From assembly GCA_963833985.1 (NCBI GenBank), contig CAWIAD010000002.1, forward strand, positions 4,416,001-4,480,000: DNA of 64,000 nt. The letters are read 5' to 3'. The position numbers and the translations under genes were made by a program. The notes under the pieces were generated by a model. It made no database searches. It was given only the letters and a program-made list of their open reading frames with translations, and was not told the origin of the DNA. Origin of the DNA: an uncultured Planctomycetaceae bacterium (GTDB taxonomy: Bacteria > Planctomycetota > Planctomycetia > Isosphaerales > Isosphaeraceae). Below are positions 49,802-60,871 of the stretch, piece after piece; within the stretch, counting starts at the first letter, position 1, and each line of letters opens with the position of its first letter.

Positions 49802-52714
49802 TTACTGGCCCTGGATCGGTGTCTGCGCGTCCTCCAGCCCAGCAGACGATGCCTTGACGGTGATCAGTCCGGGCTGTCCGGGGCGGCCCTTGACAATCAC
49901 CTGGCACAGTCCGTTGTACGCTCGACGCGCGCTGGCCTGGAACGGCTCGTGGCTGGTCGCGTCACCGTTCCCCACAGCCACGATCTCGCCCGGGCCCTCG
50001 ATCGCGAACTGAACCAGATTGTGGCTGCGCGGCACGGCCCGTCCCTCCGGATCGGCGACGGTCACCGTCACGAAGGCCAGGTCCTGGCCGTCACTCCTGA
50101 TCTCGGGTCGATCCACCGACAGCAAGAGCTGCGCAGGTGCTCCGGTGGTCTTCACCCGGTCCCGCGCCCATTCCTTGCCGTCGCGATACGCCACCACCTC
50201 CAGTGTGCCGGGCTGGTAGACCATGTCGTCCCAGCGCAAGCGATAGTCATGGGGTCCTCGCTTCTTCCGCCCCATCGAATTGCCGTTCAGGAACAGCTCG
50301 GCCTCGTCGCCGGATGTGTAAACATGAACGGGCGTGACCTGTCCCACGCGTTCGGGCCAGTTCCAGTGCGGCAAGAGATGCGCCATGGGCAGGTCCGGAC
50401 GCCACCGCGCCTGGTAGATGTAGAAACGGTCCTTCTTGAACCCGCAGAGATCGACGATGCCGAAGTAGCTGCTGGCCGAGGGGACCTTCAGCTTGCCCAG
50501 GGCGTCAAGCTGCTGCTTCATCTCGGCACGCTTTTGCGGGTCCGAGAAGTTCAGGAGGTTGGTGACGTCGTTGTTGTAAGGTGTGGGCTCACCGAGGTAG
50601 TCGAACCCGGTCCAGACGAACTCCCCAAAGAATGCCGGGTTGCGGTCGAGTGCCTCGAAGACCTCATCCGGCGGCTGGGCCCAGCCCGGGGCGTCCACGT
50701 CATATGATGAAACCTGGAAGTTGGCCTGCGAGTCCTTGCCGCGCTTCACGGGGAAAAAGTATTCCCCGCGTGAGCTGATGCAGGACGACGATTCCGACGT
50801 GTAGATGGGCTTTTGCTCGTTGCCGGGGTGGTCCAGGATCTCTTGGTATTTCCAGGTGGTGTAGTTGAGGCCGAAGACGTCGACCGCCGTCTGGAAACCG
50901 TTGATGCCAGCTCTCCAGTTGTTGCAGCCCGCCGTGACGGGCCGCGTGGGGTCCTCGGCGTGCACAATGTCGCGCAGGGGTTTGGCCAGCTCCGGTCCGT
51001 TCTGTTCGGCGATCTCGTTGCCGATGCTCCACATGATGACGCTGGGATGGTTCCGCTCGCGGCGGACCATGGCCTGCAAATCCCTGGCGTGCCACGCGTC
51101 GAAGAGCCGGCTGTAGTCATTGGCCGTCTTGCCCCGCTTCCAGCAGTCGAACGCCTCGACCATCACCAGGAAGCCCATGCGGTCGGCCAGCTCGAGCAGT
51201 TCGGGCGCGGGCGGGTTGTGCGAGGTCCGGAGTGCGTTGCCGCCCATCTCCTTCAAGATCTCGAGCTGGCGCTCGAGAGCACGGGTGTTGAATGCCGCAC
51301 CCAGCGCGCCCAGGTCGTGATGGTTGCACGTCCCCTTGAGGAAGACGGTCTTGCCGTTGAGCTTGAACCCGTCGCGCGGGGTGAACTCGATCGTGCGAAA
51401 GCCAAAGGGCTGGTCGTAGACGTCGACGACTCGTTCCCCTTGCCGCAGCGTGACCCGAGCGACATAGCGGTTCTGAGGAGAGGCGAGATCCCAGATCGCG
51501 GGCCGTGTCACGGTCAGCTCGCTCTCCATCTGCGATACGCCCGGTTGGATCGCTGTCCGGGCGGACGTCGTCTCCACGACCGCAGCACCGGTTGTACCGT
51601 CGGCCTGAATCGGATGGATGGACGTCCCGCCGGTGAGCTCCGCGACATCATTGCCCTGGTTCTCGAGCATCACGGTGAGATGGACCTTGCCGGCTTCCGT
51701 GGTGATCGAAGGCGTGGTCACATAAACGCCCCAGTGCGCCACGTGGACAGGAGACGTCTTCACCAGCCAGACGTTGCGATAGAGCCCCGCGCCGGGGTAC
51801 CAGCGCGAGCCCCAGTTCACGGTGTCCAGCCGCACGGCAAGAACATTGTCGGAGCCGAACTTCACGTGCCGGGTCAGTTCCAGGCGGAAGGGCTGGTAGC
51901 CGTAGGGCCATGTGCCCACGTACTGCCCGTTGAGCCAGACCCGGGCATGGGCCATGGCACCGTCGAAGTCGATGAAGATCCGCTTGCCCTGGTCGGATTC
52001 GGGAACCTGGAAGTGCTTACGATACCAGCCGATGCCCTTCCACGGCAGCTTACCCGTATCGCCGGGCAGGTCGTCGCGGAAGGGTCCTTCGATGCCCCAG
52101 TCATGGGGCACGTCGAGGGTGCGCCAGGCCGAGTCGTCAAAGCGGGGGTCCGCGGGCGTCTCGCCGGCAGCCACGCGCTGGTTGCGAATGGGCTGGCCGC
52201 CCTCATCGAACAATTCGACCTCGCGGATGCTGGCCCACCGGCCGCCGGGAACTCCCTTGACGGTCACGCGGACGTATCGCGTGCGGCCCGGCGTGAAGGG
52301 ACTCCAGGTTTTCCCGCTCGTGCTGGTCTCGATCGAGCTCTCGTAGCCGGGCTCGGAAAACTCCCAGTTGATGGCGACGCGGTTCAGGCTGCGGACGGCT
52401 CCCAGGTCGACCACGAGCCACTCGTTGGGGCTGCCGCTGGCAGCGCACCAGCGTGTCGCCGGATCGCCGTCCACCGCGTGCTGTGCCAGGTTCGCCTTCG
52501 AGGTTTCCTCGCTCGAAGCCGAGGCCGTGATGCTCCAGGCCTCGCCTCCCGGCTCCGGCCGTTGCGAGCGGTCCGGCATCGGCCCGAAGCGGGCGAACTT
52601 CCAGCCGGCGTTGAATGACTCACGGAGTCGAGGACTGGAAACCTCGTCCGACCATGCGGACGGCAGGAGCGAGACGGCCACCCAGAGGCACGCAAGCGGG
52701 CAAGACCCACGCAT
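49802..52714 (-). CDS. Secreted GH2 beta-galactosidase with inserted F5/8C (CBM32-like) domain
   Basis: VPHDW, RWYPGAGLYR, RTSHNPP, NHPSVIMWSIGNE, WTGFDYLGEPTP; AVDGDPATRW insert. Confidence 0.92.
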   Translation of the reverse strand: MRGSCPLACLWVAVSLLPSAWSDEVSSPRLRESFNAGWKFARFGPMPDRSQRPEPGGEAWSITASASSEETSKANLAQHAVDGDPATRWCAASGSPNEWLVVDLGAVRSLNRVAINWEFSEPGYESSIETSTSGKTWSPFTPGRTRYVRVTVKGVPGGRWASIREVELFDEGGQPIRNQRVAAGETPADPRFDDSAWRTLDVPHDWGIEGPFRDDLPGDTGKLPWKGIGWYRKHFQVPESDQGKRIFIDFDGAMAHARVWLNGQYVGTWPYGYQPFRLELTRHVKFGSDNVLAVRLDTVNWGSRWYPGAGLYRNVWLVKTSPVHVAHWGVYVTTPSITTEAGKVHLTVMLENQGNDVAELTGGTSIHPIQADGTTGAAVVETTSARTAIQPGVSQMESELTVTRPAIWDLASPQNRYVARVTLRQGERVVDVYDQPFGFRTIEFTPRDGFKLNGKTVFLKGTCNHHDLGALGAAFNTRALERQLEILKEMGGNALRTSHNPPAPELLELADRMGFLVMVEAFDCWKRGKTANDYSRLFDAWHARDLQAMVRRERNHPSVIMWSIGNEIAEQNGPELAKPLRDIVHAEDPTRPVTAGCNNWRAGINGFQTAVDVFGLNYTTWKYQEILDHPGNEQKPIYTSESSSCISSRGEYFFPVKRGKDSQANFQVSSYDVDAPGWAQPPDEVFEALDRNPAFFGEFVWTGFDYLGEPTPYNNDVTNLLNFSDPQKRAEMKQQLDALGKLKVPSASSYFGIVDLCGFKKDRFYIYQARWRPDLPMAHLLPHWNWPERVGQVTPVHVYTSGDEAELFLNGNSMGRKKRGPHDYRLRWDDMVYQPGTLEVVAYRDGKEWARDRVKTTGAPAQLLLSVDRPEIRSDGQDLAFVTVTVADPEGRAVPRSHNLVQFAIEGPGEIVAVGNGDATSHEPFQASARRAYNGLCQVIVKGRPGQPGLITVKASSAGLEDAQTPIQGQ

Positions 52715-53058
52715 GAGAACGGTCCTTTCCGGATCGAGGAGCGGCGACCCAGTCCGCATCATAACCCGGTGCCGAGGGGCTCTCAACTCTTCGTCAGTGC
52801 GTCATTTTGGCGGCTGGCGAGTTTGCATGCGCTCCGGAACGATTGTGGCGCGCAGGCGGCCTCCGGCAGAATCCCCGCGCCGGAGGCCCGTGTCTTCTCG
52901 ATGATCAAGCTCAGGCCGATGGTCGCGTCGGGCCAGCCGGGTTGAGATTCCCGGTCCAGACGCTTCGGAAGCGCAATACCGAGGCCGCTCGGTCCCGGTG
53001 GGAGAAGCCCGGTTCCAGGCGGCCCGGAGACGTGCTGCGAGTGCAGGCACATCGCTTG

Positions 53059-53601
53059 TTACTTCTTGCGGACGTACCTGAACCCGCAGCACATGTCCTT
53101 CGCGGGCGCACCATTCACCCAGCCGGTGCCCTTCACCTCGATGTGGTCGTCATCAATGAACGTGAGGGTCATATCGTGCATGTGCCTGTCCTTAGTCGGG
53201 TCGAGGTTACGACCGCCGTGGAACTGAAAGACGATCTGGTTGGCCGACGAGTTCGGGTCGGATTTCAAGACGGGCTGGTTTCCCAGGATGCAGTAGTGCG
53301 TCAGGATCACGTCGGGGCCCTCGGCCGTGTAGACCGAGACCATTTCCCTGGGTGATCCCGGGAAGATCGTCTCGTGCACCGCGGTACCATTCGCGGTCAG
53401 CCTGACGACCGACGCGACATCGTCCGTCGGCTTGCCTTCGTCGTTGGCGACCACCCAGGTCCCCACCAGTTTCTTGATCTTCTCCAGGCCCGCGTTGGTG
53501 GGCGGGGGCGGCAGCTTGCCGCCGGATTTGTCATCGCCGTAGCTCGAAGTCGAAAGCGCAAGTCCAAGCAACAACCCGCACATCGCGAAGCAGCGCAGCA
53601 T
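53059..53601 (-). CDS. Secreted hypothetical protein (beta-barrel-like)
   Basis: GGAGG RBS; signal peptide MLRCFAMCGLLLGLALS; LVGTW, THYCILGNQP. Confidence 0.78.
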   Translation of the reverse strand: MLRCFAMCGLLLGLALSTSSYGDDKSGGKLPPPPTNAGLEKIKKLVGTWVVANDEGKPTDDVASVVRLTANGTAVHETIFPGSPREMVSVYTAEGPDVILTHYCILGNQPVLKSDPNSSANQIVFQFHGGRNLDPTKDRHMHDMTLTFIDDDHIEVKGTGWVNGAPAKDMCCGFRYVRKK

Positions 53602-54062
53602 CTCGTTCCTCCACAAAAATGTGATGTTCAATCTCGATCCGGGCAGTGATCTCGTCACGCCACCCTCATGACGAACGGGACGGCAACCATTCGACTGGAA
53701 GTGCAGCGAATTTCCAAGTTTTTCTGGAGACGGGCCAGGATCCTGTGGAAGGTGCAGTCGTCTCCGCACTGCGTCGACCAGAATTCGGCTTGGCATTGAG
53801 AGCGAGGCACGTCGGCCGAACGCAATCCGCGATCTCCGAGGCCGCTCCCCACAGGAAACTCGAGTCGTTCCGGGCCTCGCATGCCGCCAGAGACCAAAAC
53901 GCGGACCGTCGAGACGGGTGTCGCGCCAACGATCAGCAGGGCTCGAGAACTCCATCCCTGATGGTATGAAAGCTCGGTCGCCGTCATCAGCGGCCACTGT
54001 GTTACACTTGATTTGAAACGGCGTCACGCGCTGCTTCTCCATCCTCCGAGCAAGGCCGAGCG

Positions 54063-55436
54063 ATGCAACTGATCAAACCATCCGAAATCAAGGTCGACGC
54101 GGTGACGACCGAAATGCTTCGAGACATCGATGAGCTGGCTCATCAGGTGAATGACATCCGCCCACTGAATGACGACGTGCTCCGGCAGGTCAAGGAGGAG
54201 TTGATTGCAGAACGCGTCTTCAGTAGCAACGCCATCGAAGGCAGCACTCTCACCTTGCGCGAAACGCGACTGATCCTTCAAGAACGAACGTTCCTTGACA
54301 ACCGGAGAAAACGAGAGGCTCAGGAGGCTCTGAACCTTGGCAAGGCCGCGAACCGGGTCGAGGAGCTTTTGAACTCGGAAGGAGCATGGCACGACCGCTC
54401 GACGTTCTGTGGAGTGCACGAAATCCTGATGAAAGGCGTTAACGATCGGATCGCGGGTGTGCTTCGGAACAGCGCTGTGATGGTCCGTGGCGCCAAGCAG
54501 CAGCCCCCTGGCGAGGAAAAGGTCGCCGGCCTCGTCGATCAATTCCTTGGCGACTTGAAGGAAGCCGATCCCGAGCTGAACGGAGTCGTTCGAGCGGCCT
54601 GGGCGCACTGGGCGATTGCCCGGATTCATCCGTTTGAGGATGGCAACGGCCGGATGGCCAGGCTCTGGCAGGACCTGCTCCTGCTTCGCTCTCGGTTCAC
54701 CGTGGCAATTATCAGGCCTCAGGATCGTCAGGCCTACCTTGATTCGCTCAGCCAGGCAGACGAAAACGAGTTTAACCCCCTGCTTCAACTGGTCTGCCAG
54801 AGGGCCAAGAGCACGCTACAAGTTTATCTCACCGCTCAGGAGGCCGCCGACGAGTTGCAAGGGTGGGCGTCGGAACTTGTCGGTGAATCCGCCGTCCGCG
54901 ACGCCGAGCGCAGGAAAGCGGAATACTACCGATGGCGTCATGCCGTCGAGCAACTTCAAGACTCCTTCGATCGGTGCGCATCGCTCGTCAATCGCAGCAG
55001 CGACCGAACGCTCGAAGTGCAGGTTCAAAGCTACGATATCATTGATCAGCCGACGTGGGAGACCTTGCTTTCCGGAGGCAGTGCAAAAAAGACGTGGTTT
55101 TTCAGGATCCACTTCCGCAAGCATCACAAGGTCGTCTGGTTCTATTTTTACTTTGGGCGGCACTACCGGCACGCAGACGATCCACTGGTTGAGGACCAGG
55201 GCCCTTTCGTCTCTATTCTCATCAGTCAGCAGCAACCCGGCGATGAGCTGGCTGTCCGGCTTGATGAAATGGAAAACAGCCCCATATTGCTCAGGGAACT
55301 GCTCGTGCATGAGCGGCAGATCGTACGCCGACGCCTTGACCTCGTTGAGTCGCGGATGGTCTACGACCATGGTGTTAAGCCCATCGATGTCGCGAAGGAC
55401 TTTTATGAGAATGTGATTATTCACATATTGGGATAG
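54063..55436 (+). CDS. Fic family protein with C-terminal extension
   Basis: SSNAIEGSTL and IHPFEDGNGRMAR. Confidence 0.92.
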   Translation: MQLIKPSEIKVDAVTTEMLRDIDELAHQVNDIRPLNDDVLRQVKEELIAERVFSSNAIEGSTLTLRETRLILQERTFLDNRRKREAQEALNLGKAANRVEELLNSEGAWHDRSTFCGVHEILMKGVNDRIAGVLRNSAVMVRGAKQQPPGEEKVAGLVDQFLGDLKEADPELNGVVRAAWAHWAIARIHPFEDGNGRMARLWQDLLLLRSRFTVAIIRPQDRQAYLDSLSQADENEFNPLLQLVCQRAKSTLQVYLTAQEAADELQGWASELVGESAVRDAERRKAEYYRWRHAVEQLQDSFDRCASLVNRSSDRTLEVQVQSYDIIDQPTWETLLSGGSAKKTWFFRIHFRKHHKVVWFYFYFGRHYRHADDPLVEDQGPFVSILISQQQPGDELAVRLDEMENSPILLRELLVHERQIVRRRLDLVESRMVYDHGVKPIDVAKDFYENVIIHILG

Positions 55437-55503
55437 GCGAACCGACGAGATCCCGATTGTGACGTTCGGCGCCCCTTCGAACTCGATTGCGATCGCATAC
55501 GAG

Positions 55504-58500
55504 TCAGCCGCGACCCACCCGTTCCACCCGGCAGACAAACACCTTGGCCTCGTGGATGGTCACGTTGGGGTCGCCCACGAGTGCGGAGAGATCGTTCACC
55601 ACATCGCCCTGGCTGATACCCTTGTAGCCCCAGTGCCAGGGCATGCCCACGTGATGAATCGTCTTGCCGTCGATCGGGAACGGGCGGATGCGCGGAGTGA
55701 CAAGCGCCTTGGCGCGGATGGCGGCACGGGGCGTGACGATCCGCACGGTTTCCAGGTTCACCACGCCCAGCTCGTGCGCGTGCTCGGGGCTGAGCTCCAC
55801 GAACAGCTCGGGCTGGAGGGCCGAGAGCCACGGCAGCCAGCGGCTCATCGACCCGCTGAGGTGGTGCTCGGTGAGACGGTAGGTCGACAGGACGCAGGGA
55901 TACTCGGGCGAGCCGACCGGAGCGTAGTCGTTGCCTGGCACCGGGAACACCTTTGCCGCGGGGTTGGCCCCCCGCGCGGGATAGACGAGGTTGGGCACCG
56001 GCGATTCATAAGGCTCGTAGTGCGCAGGGAGCGGTCCGTCCACCAGGCCTGAGGGAGCAAAGAGCCACGCCTTGCCGTCGGCCTTCATGATGAAGGGCGA
56101 CGCCCCGTCGTGAAAATCGAGCCCCAGACCGTCTGGATTCGCGGCCGCCCCCGGCGGCTTGGTCACCGGGAAATCCGGCACATCCAGGCCAACCCAGCGG
56201 CCCCGGACGCGGCTCCCGGGATGGGCGGGGTCGGGCCCTTCCGCGTCGGGGTCCCAGTAGATATAGCCCTTCGACCCATTGCCGAACCTGCGAGCCAGCC
56301 GCGCTTCCTTGGGCCAGGGGTTGCCTTGCGGATCGGCGGCGGCGCGGTTGTACATGATCCGGCGGTTGGCCGGCCAGGCGAAGGCCCAGCCCAGGGCCAC
56401 CCAGTCGTCCCCATGGCGGTTGGCCGCGTGGTTATGACCGTCCGGCTGGTCGGCCGTGGGCGCGAAGACGCCGCTGTAGATCCAGGCCCCGCAGGCCGTC
56501 GAGCCATCGGCCTTCAGGTCGCCGAAGCCCTGGACCGGCTTGCCGGTGGCCGTGAAGGTGCCATTCATCTCCTTCAGCACCCGCGCCGCCGAGGGCTCGT
56601 CGGCGATCCGCCAGCCCTCGTTCTCCGCCGGGTCGATGTAGTCCCATGTTAATGCCTGGATGGGACGGTCGCGCTCCAGCGCGCTGGCCGCGTAGAGCCG
56701 CTTCAGGCGCAGGCCGAGCTGCACGGTGAACCAGAGATCGGACCGCGCGTCGCCAGGCGGTTCGGCGGCCCGGTCGTGCCACTGGATGAGCCGCTGGGTG
56801 TTGGTGTAGCTGCCGTCCGCCTCGGCCGTGGCCGCGGCCGGCAGCAAGAACACCTCCGTGGCGATGTCCTCGGGCCTGATTTCGCCGTTCTTGATCTCGG
56901 GGCTATCAATCCAGAACGTGGCCGTCTCGGTCTCGTACAGGTCCTTGACCACCATCCAGTCCAGCTTCGCCAGAGCCCGGCGCTGGTACGACGAGTTCTG
57001 GCCTCCCACGGCCGGGTTCTGGCCCATGGCCATGAACCCGCGGATCTGACCCTCGGACATGGCCACGAACATGGGCAGGTGAGAATGGTCCCCCACGTTG
57101 CGGGGCAGCCAGCCGAAGCCGTATTCGTTCTCCTTCGTCGCTGCCGCGCCAAACCAAGCTTTCAGCAGGCTGACGATGAACCTGGGGAAATGGAACCAGT
57201 AGCTCGTCGGGCTGATCTCGGTCTCGATGTAGTCGGCGAGCGTGTCATGGTTCTTGAGCGCGCTGGGCATGTTGAGGTAGCCCGGCAGCAAGTTGTAGAG
57301 CGTGGGGATGTCGGTGGAGCCCTGGATCGACGCATGGCCCCGCAGCGCCAGGATGCCACCGCCCGGCCGCCCGATGTTCCCCAAGAGCGACTGGAGGATG
57401 GTGGCGGCCCGGATGGTCTGCACGCCGGTGGTATGCTGTGTCCAGCCGACGGCGTAGCAGACGGCGCCCGTGCGGTCGCGGCCCGACGCCTGGCAAAGGG
57501 TCTCGGCCACCTTCAGGAACGTCGCCTGCGGCGTGCCGCAGACGCGCTCGACCATCTCCGGTGTGTACCGGGCATAATGCCGGCGCAGGATCTGAAAGAC
57601 GCAGCGCGGATGTTGCAACGTGGGATCGGTGCGCGGGGGCTTGCTCAGTCTCCCGCCCCTGGCGCTGAAGGTCGATGCGTCGTTCAGGTCGCGGACCGGC
57701 TGGTTCCCCGGCCGGCCGACGGGCTCGGCGTCATAGCGCCAGGATTGCGGGTCGTAGGCGGCGCGCTCGGCGTCAAAGCCGGAAAAGAGCCCTTCCAGGT
57801 CCTCGGTGTCCTGAAACTCCTCGTTGATCAGGGTGGCCGCATTCGTGTACGCGGTGACGTATTCCTTGAAATACTTCTCTTCCTCGAGCACGTAGCGAAT
57901 GAGCCCGCCCAGGAAGACGATGTCGCTGCCGGCGCGCAACGGGGCATAAGTGTCGGCCAGGGCCGAGGTGCGCGTGAACCGAGGATCCACGTGGATGACC
58001 TTCGCCCCGTTCAGCTTCGCCTGCATGACGAAGCGAAAGGCCACGGGGTGGCACTCGGCCATGTTCGAGCCCATGATCAGAATGGAATCGGCGTACCGCA
58101 GATCCATCTGGTTGGTCGTGGCTCCGCCGCGGCCGTAGGAGGTGCCCAGACCGGGCACGGTCGAGCTGTGTCAGATGCGCGCCTGGTTTTCCAGCCAGAT
58201 GAGCCCGAGTGCGCGCCAGAGCTTGAGCTGGACGTAGTTCCATTCGTTGTCCATGGTGGCCCCGCCGAGCGAGGCGATCGTTGCGCAGTGGTTGACGCGC
58301 TTCCGTATCGGCTTGCCCTCGCGGTCGCGTCCGTCCCACCAGTCGCGGAAGTCCCGGTCGCGGGTTTCCTTGACCCGCTCGGCAATGCGGTCCATGGCCC
58401 AGTCGAGGTCTTTCTCTTCCCAGTGGCTGGAATGCGGGGCCCGGTACTTGACCTTTGTGAGCCGGTTCGGGTTGACGGCGAGTTGAAACGTGGCCGAGCC

Positions 58501-58776
58501 CTTGGGGCAGAGCGTGCCGCCGTTGATCGGGCTATCCGGGTTGCCCTCGATGTTGACGATCTGCCCTTGCCGCACGCTGACGATCTGCGCGCACCCCACA
58601 GCGCAGTAGGGGCAGATGCTGGGAACCTCGCGGGCTCCCTGGATCTTCAGCGTTGCGGCAGCCGCGCGGGCCGGCGTGAGGTCGAACCCGAGACCGGCAA
58701 GCGTGCCGATGCCCGCCGTCGCCGTGGTCCCTCCCAGGAACTGGCGACGCGTCGAACGGCCAGGCGAGGTGTTCAT
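55504..58776 (-). CDS. fdhA: Selenocysteine-containing formate dehydrogenase alpha subunit (FdnG/FdoG-like), Tat-exported
   Basis: STRRQFLGG Tat motif, CPYCAVGC, NQARI-TGA(58171-58173)-HSSTVPGL in frame, downstream SECIS, ALRGH, RLTEH. Confidence 0.95.
58142..58158 (-). promoter_or_regulatory. Bacterial SECIS element
   Basis: mRNA UGA-CACAGCUCGACC-GUGCCC-GGUCU-GGGCAC; the stem starts 12 nt after the UGA and the apex carries GGUCUG as in E. coli fdhF. Confidence 0.85.
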
Positions 58777-58874
58777 GGAAAAGAGAATCCCCCAGGTTCA
58801 AACTGCCGTGACGGTTCACCCGTCCGTCAGTCGACCTGGGGAATTGTATCGGAGCCCTGGGCGACTTTCCAAGC

Positions 58875-60800
58875 TCACGTGGAATGCGCGAACGTGAGAC
58901 CGGGATCGTCCGGGCCGGATCCCAGCAGCTTGAACGTGAAGTGATCGTCATCTTTCCAGATCACCTGTCCGGCCAGGGGGCGCTGAACCAGCGGGTTGAA
59001 CCGGTCCTGGGCGAGCGTGAGGATGCCATCTCCGTACGTCCGGCCGCCGTGCAGCTCCAGCGTGTTGCCCTGCCGCGTGACCCTCCAGATGAACTGCTGG
59101 GAGTCCGGGAACGACAGGGTAATCACCGACCCGTCCGCCGGCTTGGCAATCCACGTGCCCTTCAGGCCCACTCCCTGGGCGGGGTGCTCGGACTCGTCCT
59201 CCCCGGCCGCGCCGGGCTGCCCGCCGGGAGCGGTTGCGGCCGTTGCCGTCTCGGCATTCCCGGACGGCGGCTGGGACGGGGACTCGAGCTCCTTGACGAG
59301 TTGCGGAGCCAGTGAGTCCTTGGGCTGGAGCTGCTGTACCGCCTTGAACTCGTCCAGGGCCGCATCTCTGTGGCCCTGCGTCAGGTAATGATAACCCAGC
59401 ACGAATCGCGCGGCCGAGGAATTGGGGCTCTGGTTGACATACAGCTCCAGGGCACGGAACTGCCGGGTGTAGTCGGCGATGCTCGGGTACAGGCCGATCA
59501 TCGTCGTCCAGTCCCACCCGGGTTCCACGGAAAGCACGGCGTAGAGATCTGCCGCCGCCTCGTCATAGCGCTGGAGTGCGAAGAGGACCAGCGCGCGGAA
59601 CTCGTGCAGCGCGGGGTCACTCGGCAGCTTCTCCAGGGCCTGGTCGGTGGTGGCCAGTGCTTTCTCATACCCTCCGGTCCGGAATTCCACGCGTGCCCGG
59701 GCGAAGAGTGCATCGGCCTCGTCGCGGCGGACGTGTCCCGGCGCCGCGGCCGTGGCGTTCAAGGGATGGGCATAGATAAAGCCCTGCTGGTTGCCGGGCG
59801 CCGTCGACTGAGTGTAGTAGGGATTACGATAGCTGGAGTATCCCCACTCGTAGATCTGCGGGCCATAGTTCCAAGAGTTCAGGCCCCAGGTCCCTCCTCC
59901 GGAGGCGGGACCCGGCCGTGTGATTCCGTAGAGCCCGTAACCGTAGCCGTAGCCCGGGTAGTTGTAGCCGCCGTAGCCGCCGTAGCCGCCATAGCCCCGG
60001 AACCCGCCGTAGCCGCCGTACCCGCCGTACCCGCCGAACCCGCCGTAACCCAGGGAGCCGAGACCGTAGTAGCCGAGGCTCCCCAGGCCGTAGCCCAGGC
60101 CGCCCAGACCAGAGCCGAGTGCTCCCAGTCCGAGCCCGAGGCCAAGGCCGTAGCCGCCGTAAGAGAAGCCGGGATACCCCCATCCTCCGTAGCCCAGGCC
60201 GTAACCGCCATAACCGTAGCCCAGGCCGCCGTAGCCGCCGTAGCCGAGCGCTCCGTTACCGAAGGCACTGTAGTTGACGGGCCGGTAAGTTCTCCACTGG
60301 CCGCCGTTGTTCCTGTTGCCTGCCGTATTGCCCAGGTAGTTGCCGTTCCAGTAGCCGTGCATCCAGCGGCCGCGATCGTCCGCCGCGGAATTGCCGCCGG
60401 CCGGCCCGTGCGTTTCCGAGAAGTTCGCGAGGGCGCCCCGGTTGGCTCCGGCCTGGCCCAGCCACGGGCTCCTTGCCGCGTTACCAGCGACTCCGGTGGC
60501 GTTCGCTCCCGCTCCGATCCCGGCGCGATTCGCCGGACGGAGTGCATTGTAAGAGGCGGCGCCGGGCAGTGCTCCCATACCGGGCTGCATGGCCGCTCCA
60601 CCCGGAAAGCCTCCCAGGCCGTGGAACCCTCCGCCCACACCATAGCCGCGCGGTCCGCTGTGCACGGCGTCACCGTGATATCCGCCAATCCCGCCGCCGT
60701 GACCGCCCCCTCCGTGCTGCGCCAGGGCCGGCGCGGCTGCCAGTCCTGTGAAGAGGGTTGCCAGGGCACCAGCCGCCAACGAGAAATGTCGCTGTCTCAT
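58875..60800 (-). CDS. Secreted Gly/Tyr-rich low-complexity + TPR protein
   Basis: Signal peptide, GGY repeats, HEFRALVLFALQRYDEAA, PGWDW, RFVLGYHY. Confidence 0.85.
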   Translation of the reverse strand: MRQRHFSLAAGALATLFTGLAAAPALAQHGGGGHGGGIGGYHGDAVHSGPRGYGVGGGFHGLGGFPGGAAMQPGMGALPGAASYNALRPANRAGIGAGANATGVAGNAARSPWLGQAGANRGALANFSETHGPAGGNSAADDRGRWMHGYWNGNYLGNTAGNRNNGGQWRTYRPVNYSAFGNGALGYGGYGGLGYGYGGYGLGYGGWGYPGFSYGGYGLGLGLGLGALGSGLGGLGYGLGSLGYYGLGSLGYGGFGGYGGYGGYGGFRGYGGYGGYGGYNYPGYGYGYGLYGITRPGPASGGGTWGLNSWNYGPQIYEWGYSSYRNPYYTQSTAPGNQQGFIYAHPLNATAAAPGHVRRDEADALFARARVEFRTGGYEKALATTDQALEKLPSDPALHEFRALVLFALQRYDEAAADLYAVLSVEPGWDWTTMIGLYPSIADYTRQFRALELYVNQSPNSSAARFVLGYHYLTQGHRDAALDEFKAVQQLQPKDSLAPQLVKELESPSQPPSGNAETATAATAPGGQPGAAGEDESEHPAQGVGLKGTWIAKPADGSVITLSFPDSQQFIWRVTRQGNTLELHGGRTYGDGILTLAQDRFNPLVQRPLAGQVIWKDDDHFTFKLLGSGPDDPGLTFAHST

Positions 60801-60871
60801 GGATCAGACCTCATGTTCCGGATTCTTGCTCGAACGGGCGTCACCGCGGACACGCACAGCAGAGCAAGATC

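Noticed and set aside
55504..58776. fdh alpha subunit as a nonsense pseudogene or two genes
   Set aside because: The TGA is in frame at the Sec/Cys ligand position and is followed by a SECIS hairpin.
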